A stretch of DNA of 64,000 nucleotides from Blastocatellia bacterium (GTDB lineage Bacteria; Acidobacteriota; Blastocatellia; Chloracidobacteriales; JADJPF01). Location: the NCBI GenBank assembly GCA_025057015.1, contig JANWYG010000010.1:30506-94505 (forward strand), given 5' to 3'. Below the pieces are notes generated by a model. The model made no database searches, had not been told where the DNA came from, and worked only from the letters and a program-made list of their open reading frames with translations. The translations under genes and the position numbers were made by a program. How positions within the stretch are numbered: the first letter of the stretch is position 1; each line of letters begins with the position of its first letter. Positions 8,815 to 18,964 of the stretch are shown here, piece by piece.

Positions 8815-10055
8815 AGCGGTTGTAGTTCGAGCTCTGCTTCTAAACTGACCGAACCGCTTATCTGTATTTTACTTTCCCAGTCCTTATAGCCTATTCGCGT
8901 AACCAGTATGTGGTACCAACCGGTAGGTATGTCCTGTAGGGTTATCGTTCCGGCATCATTTGTAGTGCCTGCGTAGTGGTGGTTGAGGTAGACGTTACAG
9001 TTTGGAGGACGGGTGTTTATTACTACGTTACCAGTTGTTTGAGGTTTGTTGGGTATACTGAGTTGCAACTTTCTGTTGATTTCATCGCTATCTTGTAAAC
9101 CTACAGCTAGTTTCAGCTCACGGGCTAGTTCTAAGGCTGTTTGCTGACGTTTTTCTGGCTTTTTGCTCAGCGACTTAAGTATGACCATAGCTACGGCTTC
9201 TGGAAGGTCCTGTCTAAACGAGCGTGGATCGGGCGGTTCTTGCTGGACATGCTTTTTGGCTAACCTCATAATTGAGTCTGCATCAAACGGGACCTTGCCT
9301 GTTAGTATTTCAAAGAGCATTACGCCGAGCGAGTATACGTCTGAGCGAGGGTCTAGAGGTTTATCGAGCCACTGCTCGGGTGACATGTAGTATGGTGTGC
9401 CGGCTACTTTGCCTTCTTCGGTAAGCGTCTGCAATAGATTGCCCGTGATCTTGAGCTTTGCCAAGCTGAAGTCTATAACCTTGACCGTCTCACCGAGGCC
9501 TTCGAATTCTTCAAGCATTATATTTTCTGGCTTTAGATCTCGATGTATGACTCCGCTGCGGTGAGCACGTTGTACTGCACCGCAGATTTGTGTCATAAGT
9601 GCTGCTGAACGCCGTATGTCAAGCTGTCGTTCAGCTTTGAGCACTTCTCGTAGAGTTCGCCCTGAAAGCAGCTCCATCACAAGGTAGGCTATGTTATCTA
9701 CCATCCCGAAGTCGTAGATAGATATGGCATTTGGATGTCGAATGCGTCCTGCTGCTTGAGCCTCACGCTTGAATCGTTCTACGGAGGATGGATTGGGAGT
9801 AAGTTCCGGGCGTAATGCCTTAACTGCTACAAGGTCTCCTATGACAGCTCGCTCAGCTTTATAGACTGTACCCGTAGAACCTTCTCCTATGACTGACAGG
9901 ATATGATACTTGTCGGCAATCGTCTTGCCTAGGAAAGAATCTGCATCTGGTTGGTCTAACTTTGTCCCATCGTTCGGACAGTGCTTCATGGCCTCTGGCC
10001 ATTCTTTACCGCATACTTTACACTGCTTCATATTTTTAGACCTAGCTAGGGTCAT
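8811..10055 (-). CDS. Hanks-type Ser/Thr kinase with N-terminal zinc ribbon and C-terminal PEGA-like beta-sandwich
   Basis: Zinc ribbon CKVCGKEW...CPNDG. Kinase motifs GEGSTGTVY, VAVK, HRDLKPENIM, DFS and GTPYYMSPE. The C-terminus is VINTRPPNCNVYLNHHYAGTT...GWYHILVTRIGYKDWE. No TM segment is visible. Confidence 0.85.
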   Translation of the reverse strand: MTLARSKNMKQCKVCGKEWPEAMKHCPNDGTKLDQPDADSFLGKTIADKYHILSVIGEGSTGTVYKAERAVIGDLVAVKALRPELTPNPSSVERFKREAQAAGRIRHPNAISIYDFGMVDNIAYLVMELLSGRTLREVLKAERQLDIRRSAALMTQICGAVQRAHRSGVIHRDLKPENIMLEEFEGLGETVKVIDFSLAKLKITGNLLQTLTEEGKVAGTPYYMSPEQWLDKPLDPRSDVYSLGVMLFEILTGKVPFDADSIMRLAKKHVQQEPPDPRSFRQDLPEAVAMVILKSLSKKPEKRQQTALELARELKLAVGLQDSDEINRKLQLSIPNKPQTTGNVVINTRPPNCNVYLNHHYAGTTNDAGTITLQDIPTGWYHILVTRIGYKDWESKIQISGSVSLEAELELQPL

Positions 10056-11434
10056 AACTCGGGATAGTCGAACGGGTGGTTTGCTATAACGGCGCGCAGG
10101 TTGATCTGTCCAAGCAAAGCTTCTAAGAAAGTAGAGAAAATATGTATGGCTTTGATTGACTCGTCGAGGTTTCGTGCTGTTATACTCTGTTCCATCAACC
10201 GCTCGTAGTCATCCCAGTCTTTGTACATAAGTGATTTGAGTGAAGTATCTCTAAAAACCGTCATGTGCTCTATTAGAGTAGGCAACTTGTTTTCGTCAGG
10301 AGCTTGTTCGAACTTACGTAGTTGGCAAAGCAGGCGCCAAATATCCATTCTAAGTCGCAGCGACTGCTCTAGTTTTGTTTGGAAAGTCTCGAAAAGCTGA
10401 GTTCCATCAAAGTCAGGCTGAAATATTTGTACTATTGAAACTACAGACTGTTGAAAGCAGTCTCTTAACAGTCCGTGCGAATTTTCCACCTTGGTGTAGA
10501 TAGGAGGCGCTTGATTGAGATGGGCAAACCCTACTAGCTCCCTACCAAAAACCTTCTTGAGATCCATTTGTAAAGCATAAGTGCAGCCGTCTATTGCGTT
10601 GGACCCGTTTGGGGGTAAGTTGGGGTTTTTTAGCAGCCGGTTTTCTAAATACTCTAAGAGCAACTGCGTTTCGGAGTATATAAGAGAAAAGATAAGGAGC
10701 GAGTCCTTCAATGGTCTGTCGTAAGCCAGGTTTACAGCTACAAAGTCCAGATACTTAAGCAATCGGAAGAAATCTAGCAGGACCTTGACTATTTCCTTGC
10801 GTAAGACCTCGTCTTCTATTGCGTTGATTGCCTTAGATAGAAATGAATTAGCTAGATAGTCTAGTTGCGGTCTGTAATAATTTTGTGCAAGCAGAAGTTC
10901 GATATATCTGCAGCGCTTGATCTCGCGATTGACAATCTTGCCTATGCTGGTGAATGCTTGTAGACTAAGCTTCGGCAAGTTGGCTAGTTCGTCTATTAGA
11001 ACTCGTAAGTCGGTAAGAGACTCATTGAGCAATGCCAAAGACTCTTCAGGTCTAGTTTGCCATAAAGTGGTCTCTAGGCTACTTTCTGCTGAATGAGCCC
11101 AGCAGAGTTTTGCCTCGATGTATCTATCAAATCGGTTCGCGCCCAGGCTTTCAGCACTTATAAGTTCATTTGCCAGATAGCTCATACGGAGCATTACATT
11201 TTTAGTGATTTTAAGTTCCTCTATGAAATTCTTGCTTACTATGTCATTCTGCTCTTGTTCTGAGAGGGGATGATTTTTTATGCGGAAAAAGCAGTCAAAA
11301 CTCTTTATCCACATCTCTAGCTCGAACAGTTTGGCTCTGTCTTCTTTACAAAGGTTATCTAACCAGCTCCGGAAAGACGTTTTGCTGTAGGTTTCAGCTC
11401 TTATTTCGTTCATCGATTGCTCAGCGCAAAGCAT
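10052..11434 (-). CDS. Hypothetical all-helical protein (460 aa)
   Basis: Long ORF whose stop overlaps the kinase start by 4 nt. No motif recognised. Confidence 0.6.
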   Translation of the reverse strand: MLCAEQSMNEIRAETYSKTSFRSWLDNLCKEDRAKLFELEMWIKSFDCFFRIKNHPLSEQEQNDIVSKNFIEELKITKNVMLRMSYLANELISAESLGANRFDRYIEAKLCWAHSAESSLETTLWQTRPEESLALLNESLTDLRVLIDELANLPKLSLQAFTSIGKIVNREIKRCRYIELLLAQNYYRPQLDYLANSFLSKAINAIEDEVLRKEIVKVLLDFFRLLKYLDFVAVNLAYDRPLKDSLLIFSLIYSETQLLLEYLENRLLKNPNLPPNGSNAIDGCTYALQMDLKKVFGRELVGFAHLNQAPPIYTKVENSHGLLRDCFQQSVVSIVQIFQPDFDGTQLFETFQTKLEQSLRLRMDIWRLLCQLRKFEQAPDENKLPTLIEHMTVFRDTSLKSLMYKDWDDYERLMEQSITARNLDESIKAIHIFSTFLEALLGQINLRAVIANHPFDYPEL

Positions 11435-11461
11435 ACTCTAATCACTCTTTTTTCTACAAGA

Positions 11462-12208
11462 CTATTCTTCGCTTTCTATGTCGATCTTTACATCCGAGGT
11501 AAACTTCTTGTATTTGGTATATCTTATTTCCATTCGCATATGCACAAGATTCCCGCGGCCGAAGTCTAGTACGTCGTCAGCAAACGTATATGTCGGAAAC
11601 CAATACTTGCCGTCTATGTTTTCTCTGTATGTCTCGAACGTTGGGAAGCGCTCTTCGCCTTCGGGTAATCCTTTTCCGAAGGTTTTTACTATCTGCAAAT
11701 CTTGATCATCTACCCAAATCCTACCAGAGAATACTCTCTCGCCACCGCGCTTGTATTTTGGTATAGACTTAGGACGTACATCAAAGACGTACGTGTCCAG
11801 CTCGTCAATCTTTTCTTTGCCTACGTAGGTGATTATGTACTTTGGAAGTTCTTTGGTAGTGAGCGAAAACGGCTGTGTTTCAGCTATGTCTCTGAGATCG
11901 GTTGGGGTGATTATGAGTCCTTGCAGCGTTGATGGGGGAAACTTGATTATCTTTTCGTATCTTCTTCCGGCATCATCGAAGAGTATATCCGAAACTCTGT
12001 AGTATTCTCCAGTGACTCTGTTACCGTCTGCCAAAGTCTGGATCCGCACTTCTTGTCGGAAGGTATACAGGTTTCTAGCTTGTTGAAATTCGGCTTCTTT
12101 TTCGGCAAAGCTTTTGATTATCTTGTCTATATCAGGAGGTTGCTCGCTTATTCTCAACTGTGCTTTTGCTGAGGCAAGTATTATCAGAAGTGACAGAATT
12201 CGTAGCAT
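11462..12208 (-). CDS. Hypothetical secreted protein, possibly LolA/RseB-like fold
   Basis: Signal peptide MLRILSLLIILASAKA. The beta-rich body resembles outer-membrane lipoprotein-sorting-like proteins. The family call is weak. Confidence 0.5.
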   Translation of the reverse strand: MLRILSLLIILASAKAQLRISEQPPDIDKIIKSFAEKEAEFQQARNLYTFRQEVRIQTLADGNRVTGEYYRVSDILFDDAGRRYEKIIKFPPSTLQGLIITPTDLRDIAETQPFSLTTKELPKYIITYVGKEKIDELDTYVFDVRPKSIPKYKRGGERVFSGRIWVDDQDLQIVKTFGKGLPEGEERFPTFETYRENIDGKYWFPTYTFADDVLDFGRGNLVHMRMEIRYTKYKKFTSDVKIDIESEE

Positions 12209-12431
12209 GAGGGTTCCTGGTCCTCCGGCAAGGTTTAGATGTATTATAGAAAAGTTTCAAGACTCTGTCTGGCAAATCTCGTTGTGGGCAGGCAAGTATA
12301 GCATTGCTGAGACAGCGATTGTATAATGTCGGCAAAGCTTAGTTCCAAAAAAACAGCCTACAGAGCCTAGCCTCTTGTAGAATTGGCGCTTGGTATGATC
12401 TTATGATTTCCGTTTTTCAGGAGGAACTTCA

Positions 12432-12860
12432 ATGACAACAGAAGACAAAGATAAGGTTGAATATGGCGAAATAGTGATAGAAGAGAAGCCAGAGCAACTT
12501 CAAGCGAAGGAAGTGCAGAAGAAAGAAGAACGTGCCACTGCTGGACTAGAGTCGCTAGCTTCTCATGTGAGGGAATTGGCACAAAAGATACCGGAGTCAA
12601 TAGGCAAGGCGATAGAATCAGCTCTAGCTTCACGCGAGCATGTAGTAATGGTGAGAGTCAACGACGAATCGCTGACAAAACTGGATCATTTAGTTGAAGC
12701 TGGCATATTTAAAAGCCGATCTGAGTCTGCGGCATTTCTTATAAGTGAAGGCATAAAGTCTCAGTCTCAACTTTTTGAGAGAATTTCTAACAAGATAGAG
12801 GAAATTAACCGGTTGAGAAACGAGCTAAAGAACATAGTGAATACCGAACTTAAGAAATAG
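12432..12860 (+). CDS. Ribbon-helix-helix (CopG-like) domain protein
   Basis: GGAGG lies before the ATG. The central VVMVRVNDESLTKLDHLVEAGIFKSRSESAAFLISEGI has an RHH pattern. The N-terminus is acidic and lysine-rich. Confidence 0.6.
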   Translation: MTTEDKDKVEYGEIVIEEKPEQLQAKEVQKKEERATAGLESLASHVRELAQKIPESIGKAIESALASREHVVMVRVNDESLTKLDHLVEAGIFKSRSESAAFLISEGIKSQSQLFERISNKIEEINRLRNELKNIVNTELKK

Positions 12861-12990
12861 TTGCCGAAAGATGTTTGACTTGAGCGATTGCTTCGTGTTA
12901 TAAGCTGCCTGTCAGTCTTGCCAGCTTTCGGCTCAGTGTAGGCGCAAAGTTAGGCTCCTTCGCAAAGAATAACTAAGGGGAATTTAAGTG

Positions 12991-14358
12991 ATGCCTTCCA
13001 ACAGGTTATTGTTTGGGACTGCTACTATTTTGCTTGCAGTGCCCCTGACGGACGCTTTTGCATCTCAGAAGCCGGTAGCTGTTTCTCAAGAAGTAACGAG
13101 CCAGCTGCTTACCTCTGATAAACTACAAAGAGTCATCTCTCAGGCGGAGCAATATTATAAACTCGGTGAGGAATATTTCCGAAGTGGTAACTTCATGGCT
13201 GCAAAGATTGCCTTTGACCGCGCTGTAGATGTCTATCTTGAATCGAGTGCTGAGATCCGCCAAGATCCTTCTTTCCGAAGCAGTTATCTAAATCTCATAG
13301 AAAGAATTTACAAGCACCAGTTGGTTGCTTCGCAAGCTGGTATAGAAGGCTTTGACCGTCAGCTTTATGATATCTCTCCGCTTGATGAGCTCTCTAAGCT
13401 CGACCTGGCTGAAGTGGCAACGGAGCAGAAAGTTGAAACAGGTCAACTGGATTTCGAGTTTACTGTAGCTACTCCTATCTATCAGTTCATCCATTTCTTC
13501 TCTAAGGGCAAGGGAAGAGTTACTATGGAAACCGGCCTGCGTAGGTCGGGTAAGTACCGGGCTATGGCCGAGAGAATCTTTAAGGAAGAAGGTATACCGC
13601 TGGATCTAATATGGCTTGCCCAGGTGGAATCTGTTTGGATGCCACATGCGCTTTCTTCTGCATCTGCGAAGGGAATATGGCAATTTATCCCTAGTACAGG
13701 AGCACGGTTTGGACTTCGCCAAGATAGCTACATAGATGAGCGAGTTTCTCCAGAGAAATCTACCCGTGCTGCGGCTAAGTACCTGAAATTCCTACACGAT
13801 TTCTTTGCCGGTGATTGGATGTTAGCCATGGCTGCCTATAACTGCGGTGAGTACGGAGTCGATAGAGCGATAGCAAGCTGTGGATACGCTGATTTCTGGG
13901 AGCTCTATAACCGTAACCTGCTGCCGCAGGAAACTCGCAACTATGTTCCTGCTATACTCGCCGTCGCTATCATAGCAAAAGATCCGGCAAAGTATGGCTT
14001 CGAGGTACAGCCTGATCCTGAGTGGACCTATGATAGTATCGAACTAGAAGCTCAGCTTGATCTTAGAGTAGTGTCCGAGTTATTGAGTGTACCTTATGAG
14101 ACTCTGCGTGAGCTAAATCCTGAATTGAAGCGAGGAATAACCCCTCCAGGCTATACTCTGCGATTACCGAAGAACTATGCTGAAAAGCTGACTTTGGCCC
14201 TTTCACGACTAGAGCCTTCGCAATATCTTGCTGCTAACCAACAGAAAACACCTGGCTACAAGCGTAAAAGAGACCGCTATTCAGTGACAGTGGTATCTCG
14301 GCGTAACGGAGCTATTAGAAAGCACTCCATGGTTTCTAAGCGGGTCTACAAGAGATAG
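12991..14358 (+). CDS. Lytic murein transglycosylase (SLT domain, MltD-like)
   Basis: Signal peptide. SLT motifs LAQVESVW...SSASAKGIWQFIPSTG...AAYNCGEYGVDRAI. The C-terminal segment is LysM-like. Confidence 0.8.
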   Translation: MPSNRLLFGTATILLAVPLTDAFASQKPVAVSQEVTSQLLTSDKLQRVISQAEQYYKLGEEYFRSGNFMAAKIAFDRAVDVYLESSAEIRQDPSFRSSYLNLIERIYKHQLVASQAGIEGFDRQLYDISPLDELSKLDLAEVATEQKVETGQLDFEFTVATPIYQFIHFFSKGKGRVTMETGLRRSGKYRAMAERIFKEEGIPLDLIWLAQVESVWMPHALSSASAKGIWQFIPSTGARFGLRQDSYIDERVSPEKSTRAAAKYLKFLHDFFAGDWMLAMAAYNCGEYGVDRAIASCGYADFWELYNRNLLPQETRNYVPAILAVAIIAKDPAKYGFEVQPDPEWTYDSIELEAQLDLRVVSELLSVPYETLRELNPELKRGITPPGYTLRLPKNYAEKLTLALSRLEPSQYLAANQQKTPGYKRKRDRYSVTVVSRRNGAIRKHSMVSKRVYKR

Positions 14359-14382
14359 AGTCAGCTGTAGGCTCTATTTTTT
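14357..14382 (+). terminator. Candidate intrinsic terminator
   Basis: AGAGTC-AGCTGTA-GGCTCT (6-bp stem including one G-U pair) followed by ATTTTTT, overlapping the stop codon. Confidence 0.35.
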
Positions 14383-14393
14383 CCTGACAAAAA

Positions 14394-14759
14394 ATGCGGA
14401 TAGTGAAGCTCTGGATAACAGTTTTGTCTACCTGCGTTTTTCTTCTAGGCAATGCAAGCGCTAGCTTGCCGAAACTGCAGGAGGAGGGAGAGCCAAAAGC
14501 GAGCACTGATCTAGGTGCTAAAGTCTTTGAAGAGAACTGCGCTGGCTGTCACGAAGGCGGTGAGAATATCATAGATGAGAAAAAGAGCTTGAAGAAAGAA
14601 GCTCTGCTAGAAAATGGATTTGAAAGTCCGCAGGATGTTCAGCAGATAGTGATTTCTGGCAAGTCTATTATGCCTTCTTTTGAAGAAATTTTGACGCAGG
14701 AAGAAATTCTTGCTGTGGCCGAGTATGTTTGGACACAGGCAGAAAACGACTGGAGATAA
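14394..14759 (+). CDS. Class I c-type cytochrome (c6/c553-like)
   Basis: Signal peptide, heme motif CAGCH and a distal Met in SIMPSF. About 120 aa. Confidence 0.8.
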   Translation: MRIVKLWITVLSTCVFLLGNASASLPKLQEEGEPKASTDLGAKVFEENCAGCHEGGENIIDEKKSLKKEALLENGFESPQDVQQIVISGKSIMPSFEEILTQEEILAVAEYVWTQAENDWR

Positions 14760-14766
14760 CAAACAA

Positions 14767-15246
14767 ATGCTGGTATCCGTGGTAATGGGCAGCAAGTCGG
14801 ATTGGGAAACTATGTGTCATGCTTCGCAGTTGCTAAGTGACTTTTCCATACCACACGAGTGCTTGGTTGTTTCTGCACACCGCACGCCAGCTTGGCTGAC
14901 AGAGTTTGCCACTACGGCCGAGTCTCGCGGCATAGAGGTAATAATAGCTGGAGCTGGCGGTGCAGCACACTTACCGGGTATGATTGCTGCTCAGACACTG
15001 CTGCCTGTCCTAGGAGTGCCGATTCAAAGTAGGGCGCTTGGTGGCATCGATTCACTGCTATCGATAGTACAAATGCCGGCAGGTGTGCCTGTAGGTACCT
15101 TAGCAATAGGTACTGCTGGTGCAAAAAATGCTGCATTACTTGCGATAGCTATACTTGCCAACAGCCGTCCGCAGCTACGAGAGCAACTGCGTGAATATCG
15201 CGGTAAACAAACTGCCGAGGTTTTAGAAGGGAGGCAACTGTTATGA
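14767..15246 (+). CDS. purE: N5-carboxyaminoimidazole ribonucleotide mutase
   Basis: [11 protein letters not shown]...VSAHRTP...[13 protein letters not shown]...GVP. ATG 14767 is preferred over the longer ORF start at 14710. Confidence 0.9.
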   Translation: MLVSVVMGSKSDWETMCHASQLLSDFSIPHECLVVSAHRTPAWLTEFATTAESRGIEVIIAGAGGAAHLPGMIAAQTLLPVLGVPIQSRALGGIDSLLSIVQMPAGVPVGTLAIGTAGAKNAALLAIAILANSRPQLREQLREYRGKQTAEVLEGRQLL

Positions 15247-16370
15247 TCCTGCCAGGTGCTACAATAGGAGTGCTTGGCAGTGGGCAGCTAGGCAGGATGT
15301 TTGCCATAGCTGCCCGGAGAATGGGTTATCGGGTGCATACCCTCTCCCCAGATACAGATACCCCTACAGGTCAAGTCTCTGACCTGGAATATGAAGCGCG
15401 CTATGATGATCTAGACGAAATACGCAGGTTTGCTAGCAAAGTTAGTGTAGTCACCTTTGAATTTGAGAATGTACCTGCTGCTGCCGTAGATGCTGCTGCC
15501 GAATATGTGCCTGTGCGGCCAGCAGGACACGTGCTCTATACTACCCAGCATCGACTAAGGGAAAAAAACTTCCTGGCTGCTGCTGGCTTTCCTATAACTC
15601 CGTTTTGTCACGTGCGTACGCTGGAAGAGCTGCAAGAGGGTATAAAACGGCTTGGAACTCCTGCCGTGCTTAAGACCGCTGGGTTTGGATATGATGGCAA
15701 AGGCCAGACTAAACTCTCTTCTGTGGAAGAAGCAGAAGAAGCCTTTAAGTCTCTTGATGGACAGGAGGCCGTGTTAGAGGCTTTTGTGGACTTTGAAAAA
15801 GAGGTGTCAGTAGTTGCTGCTAGAGGCCTAACAGGAGAGTTTGCACACTACGGAGTAATAGAAAACGAGCACAGCCGTCATATTTTGGATATTTCTGTAG
15901 CTCCAGCCCAGCTGCCGGCTGAAGTAGCTGCAGAGGCGATAGAAATTACTCGATCACTGCTAGAAGAACTCGACGTCGTCGGTGTTATGTGCGTAGAGTT
16001 TTTTTTGACCCGTAGCGGTAAGTTGCTCGTAAACGAGCTAGCGCCACGGCCTCACAATTCTGGACATTTCACCTTTGACGCTTGTGTCACTAGCCAGTTT
16101 GAACAGCAACTGCGAGCTGTCTGCGGTTTACCTCTAGGTTCTACGGAACTGATGAGGCCGGCAGCTATGGCTAATATCCTCGGAGACTTGTGGCAAGACG
16201 GCGAACCTTACTGGCCAGGTGCTTATGCAGTGCCTAATGTCAAAGTGCATCTTTACGGCAAGTTAGAACCAAGACCTGGAAGGAAAATGGGGCATCTGAC
16301 CGCGTTGGCAGCAGACGTAACCGATGCTCTTGCTGCTGTAACGCGGGCAAGAAAAGCATTGAAGCCGTAG
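15243..16370 (+). CDS. purK: N5-carboxyaminoimidazole ribonucleotide synthase (ATP-grasp)
   Basis: [12 protein letters not shown], the ATP-grasp core and [16 protein letters not shown] overlap with purE. Confidence 0.9.
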   Translation: MILPGATIGVLGSGQLGRMFAIAARRMGYRVHTLSPDTDTPTGQVSDLEYEARYDDLDEIRRFASKVSVVTFEFENVPAAAVDAAAEYVPVRPAGHVLYTTQHRLREKNFLAAAGFPITPFCHVRTLEELQEGIKRLGTPAVLKTAGFGYDGKGQTKLSSVEEAEEAFKSLDGQEAVLEAFVDFEKEVSVVAARGLTGEFAHYGVIENEHSRHILDISVAPAQLPAEVAAEAIEITRSLLEELDVVGVMCVEFFLTRSGKLLVNELAPRPHNSGHFTFDACVTSQFEQQLRAVCGLPLGSTELMRPAAMANILGDLWQDGEPYWPGAYAVPNVKVHLYGKLEPRPGRKMGHLTALAADVTDALAAVTRARKALKP

Positions 16371-16374
16371 CTGA

Positions 16375-16614
16375 TTACGTGCTGCTCGGCTTAGAAACAG
16401 GCGGTAGATCTCGTGCCTCTACCTTTGATTCGAAGCCGATTCTGTTGTGAGAACCATCGCAAAAAGGTTTGTTAGCGGATGCTCCACAGCGGCATAAGCT
16501 TATAGTAGTTCGGCCTCCTAAGCCAAATTGTTTGCCAGAAGCATCTTTCAAAACTATATTTCCGCTTACTCTGAGCGGGCCATTGTCGACACAGGTAATC
16601 ACTATTTCACTCAT
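16375..16614 (-). CDS. CDGSH-type iron-sulfur domain protein
   Basis: CRCGASANKPFCDGSH signature. Confidence 0.85.
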   Translation of the reverse strand: MSEIVITCVDNGPLRVSGNIVLKDASGKQFGLGGRTTISLCRCGASANKPFCDGSHNRIGFESKVEARDLPPVSKPSST

Positions 16615-16626
16615 AGTCTCCTCCGT

Positions 16627-17271
16627 TTATTTCTTCCTGATAAGCATTATTCCATCGCGCACTGTTAAGCAGACATTCTCAACTCTGTCATCCTGTTGTA
16701 CCAGCTGATTGAATCTTATTATTGCGTTTGTGTCTATGTCTTCTGCCGTAGGTGACAAAACGCGGCCGCTCCATAAGACGTTGTCAGCTACTATCAAGCC
16801 TCCTGGGCGTACTATTCGAAGGCAATGTTCGTAATACTTGGGATAGTTTGCTTTGTCGGCATCTATAAATGCCATGTCAAATAGCGCATCTTCTAGAGCA
16901 GACAGCGTTTCTAGTGCTGGTGCCAGCCGAATCTCTATTTTGTGCCCATAGCCGCTTTCGTCAAAATAGCGTCTTGCTATTCCTGTAACAAAAGGATCGA
17001 TGTCACAAGTGATCAAAAGTCCGTCATCAGGAAGGGCGGCAGCCATCATAAGGGCACTGTAACCAGTGAAAGTTCCTATTTCGAGGACTCGCTTCGCTCC
17101 AAGTATGCTTACGAGCATCTGTAAAAAACGACCTTCGATAAGTCCTACCTGCATTTGTGGTGCAGTCGTGCTAGAATAAGTTTCTTCGCGCAGACGGCGT
17201 AGAAGCTCAGGTTCGTTGCTTGTATGTCTGTAAGCGTAGTGTTCTATTGCTTCTGCTATTAGCCCAAACAT
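16627..17271 (-). CDS. Class I SAM-dependent O-methyltransferase (caffeoyl-CoA OMT family)
   Basis: VLEIGTFTGYSAL, FDMAFIDADKANY and GGLIVADNVLW. Confidence 0.8.
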   Translation of the reverse strand: MFGLIAEAIEHYAYRHTSNEPELLRRLREETYSSTTAPQMQVGLIEGRFLQMLVSILGAKRVLEIGTFTGYSALMMAAALPDDGLLITCDIDPFVTGIARRYFDESGYGHKIEIRLAPALETLSALEDALFDMAFIDADKANYPKYYEHCLRIVRPGGLIVADNVLWSGRVLSPTAEDIDTNAIIRFNQLVQQDDRVENVCLTVRDGIMLIRKK

Positions 17272-17331
17272 AGGTACTCCTGGTTTAAGTGAATAGGAGA
17301 TTTTATTCTAATTTGCAAAAGAAATCTCGTA

Positions 17332-18048
17332 GTGGTTGCGGTAATGGGAGTAAATTTTAAACAGTTGGTTGAGCAGGTTCGCAATCAGGCTCTCAGTGAG
17401 ATAGAGCGTAAGCGCAAAGCTGTGTATGCGGCTTTGGTTACTGATGAGGTAAAGCAAGGTAAGTGCGTTCCGATGCCTAAGGATTTTTGGAAAAACGCCG
17501 GACTGGCTGATAAGGTCGGCTCTCAGTCTCATTCGCCTCAATCGGAGAAGGCTGCAGAGCAAAGCAGTCTTGAGGCTGTGGCCTTACTGATTTTAGGACG
17601 TGCGATGCGGGCTATGACTGTAGCTGAAATAGTTTCTATAGCACAGGCTGAAGGACTTTGGCAGTGTGAAACTGAGACGGCGAAAGCATTGTTAAACGCA
17701 CGACTCGAAGCTCATATACAGGCACACGGCGAGAAATCTCAGTTTGTCAAGATAGCGACAACTTATGCCCTTAGGCAATGGCAGATAGCTTCTGCAAAGA
17801 AAAGGTCTAAAATGGGCTACAAGCAGGTAGCTCTTTATTTACTTGAGCGCGAGAAAAAACCGTTAACGGCCAAGCAGATAATTAGCCTTGCTATAAGCGA
17901 AGGTCTTATAGAGATTACCAGTAAGCAGCCCGATGCTACTCTAGCTGGGCAACTACATACCGAGATGCGTCGTTTGGGGGCGCAGTCCGCTATAGTGCAA
18001 GTAGGGCCAAGGACATATGCTTTAAGGAAGTGGTGTGATGAGGGTTAG
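17332..18048 (+). CDS. Protein with two HARE-HTH-like winged-helix repeats
   Basis: Two internal copies of M/LT..EI...A...GLW/I...A...L...L........F/IV.V...TYALR.W. The start (GTG 17332 or ATG 17344) is uncertain. Confidence 0.55.
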   Translation: MVAVMGVNFKQLVEQVRNQALSEIERKRKAVYAALVTDEVKQGKCVPMPKDFWKNAGLADKVGSQSHSPQSEKAAEQSSLEAVALLILGRAMRAMTVAEIVSIAQAEGLWQCETETAKALLNARLEAHIQAHGEKSQFVKIATTYALRQWQIASAKKRSKMGYKQVALYLLEREKKPLTAKQIISLAISEGLIEITSKQPDATLAGQLHTEMRRLGAQSAIVQVGPRTYALRKWCDEG

Positions 18049-18553
18049 TGCTTTATTGATCAGCTTGCTGACGCTTGTAGCTTATGCTGAGGACAAGGAA
18101 ACTTATCTGACTAAGAGGCTGATTTTTCTTCATGTCAATGAGGCCAAGCAGGCCTTACATCAGCGTGCCCTTGAACCACCAATCAAACCCGGTACACCGA
18201 GACAAGTCGTGCATAAAATATTGGGGATTCCTAAAGAAGTGATAGGGTATGGTGAGGAAGTCTACAAACTGAAGGATGCTACATTAAGTCTGTCTTACAG
18301 CGCCGATGTAAAGGGAGAGATAGTAGTAGCAGGTGTCATTTATCAACTAAAAAAGCCAGTTCCTTGGTCGATGTGGCTCAAGCCAACAGTCGAGCTGCCC
18401 AAATCTGGTCACACTGATAAAAAGCTGCTCAAATTGGTTAGAATCAGCTTGCAAGTGAGGATACAGCAGTATCTAGAACAAAATAGCTTACAGATTACCC
18501 TAATGGGTACCGAACAAAACCTCACTTCTGTTTCTTGGAGTCTGGTGCTCTAG
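18035..18553 (+). CDS. Hypothetical secreted protein
   Basis: Signal peptide MMRVSALLISLLTLVAYA. The start overlaps the upstream gene's end. Confidence 0.55.
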   Translation: MMRVSALLISLLTLVAYAEDKETYLTKRLIFLHVNEAKQALHQRALEPPIKPGTPRQVVHKILGIPKEVIGYGEEVYKLKDATLSLSYSADVKGEIVVAGVIYQLKKPVPWSMWLKPTVELPKSGHTDKKLLKLVRISLQVRIQQYLEQNSLQITLMGTEQNLTSVSWSLVL

Positions 18554-18562
18554 TTGCGGCAA

Positions 18563-18590
18563 GAAGCAGGGGGAAAATGCCCTCTGCTTC
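18563..18590. other. Stable 11-bp hairpin between convergent genes (non-canonical terminator candidate)
   Basis: GAAGCAGGGGG-AAAATG-CCCTCTGCTTC with one G-U pair. No U-tract follows it in either orientation. Confidence 0.3.
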
Positions 18591-18688
18591 AAAACAAAAG
18601 CATTTTCTTCGAGCAAACTTTTGGTAGCTTGAGAACAACTCGGCTCTTACGCTCTCTTTTTGGGAGAATACGGCCGATTTCGAGCTTA

Positions 18689-18934
18689 CTAGCTTTTCTT
18701 CTTAGGCTCGATTATTTCAAGATGGTAGCGACGACCTAGCTTTTTGCTTGCGGCATATAATATATCTCTCATAGCTCTTGCTGTACGCCCTTCCTTACCT
18801 ATCACATGTCGCAAGTCTGCTTCTGCTACGTGCAGCTCTATTATGCTCGTCTGTGCACCATCTACTTCTTTGACTACTACCATGTCTGGTTTGTCTACAA
18901 GTGCTTTGGCCATAGCAGCGACTAGTTCTTTCAT
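18689..18934 (-). CDS. KH-domain RNA-binding protein (YlqC/UPF0109 family)
   Basis: LV..MAKALVDKPD.V.V......T.I.ELHVAEADLRHVIGKEGRTARAMR. Confidence 0.8.
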   Translation of the reverse strand: MKELVAAMAKALVDKPDMVVVKEVDGAQTSIIELHVAEADLRHVIGKEGRTARAMRDILYAASKKLGRRYHLEIIEPKKKS

Positions 18935-18964
18935 CTCTACCTCCGGCGACTCGATCCGTGAAAT

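Noticed and set aside
12114-12633. ORFs 12114..12326 (+), 12132..12335 (-) and 12367..12633 (-)
   Set aside because: They span the divergent promoter region or lie antisense to the RHH-protein gene. They have no RBS and odd composition.
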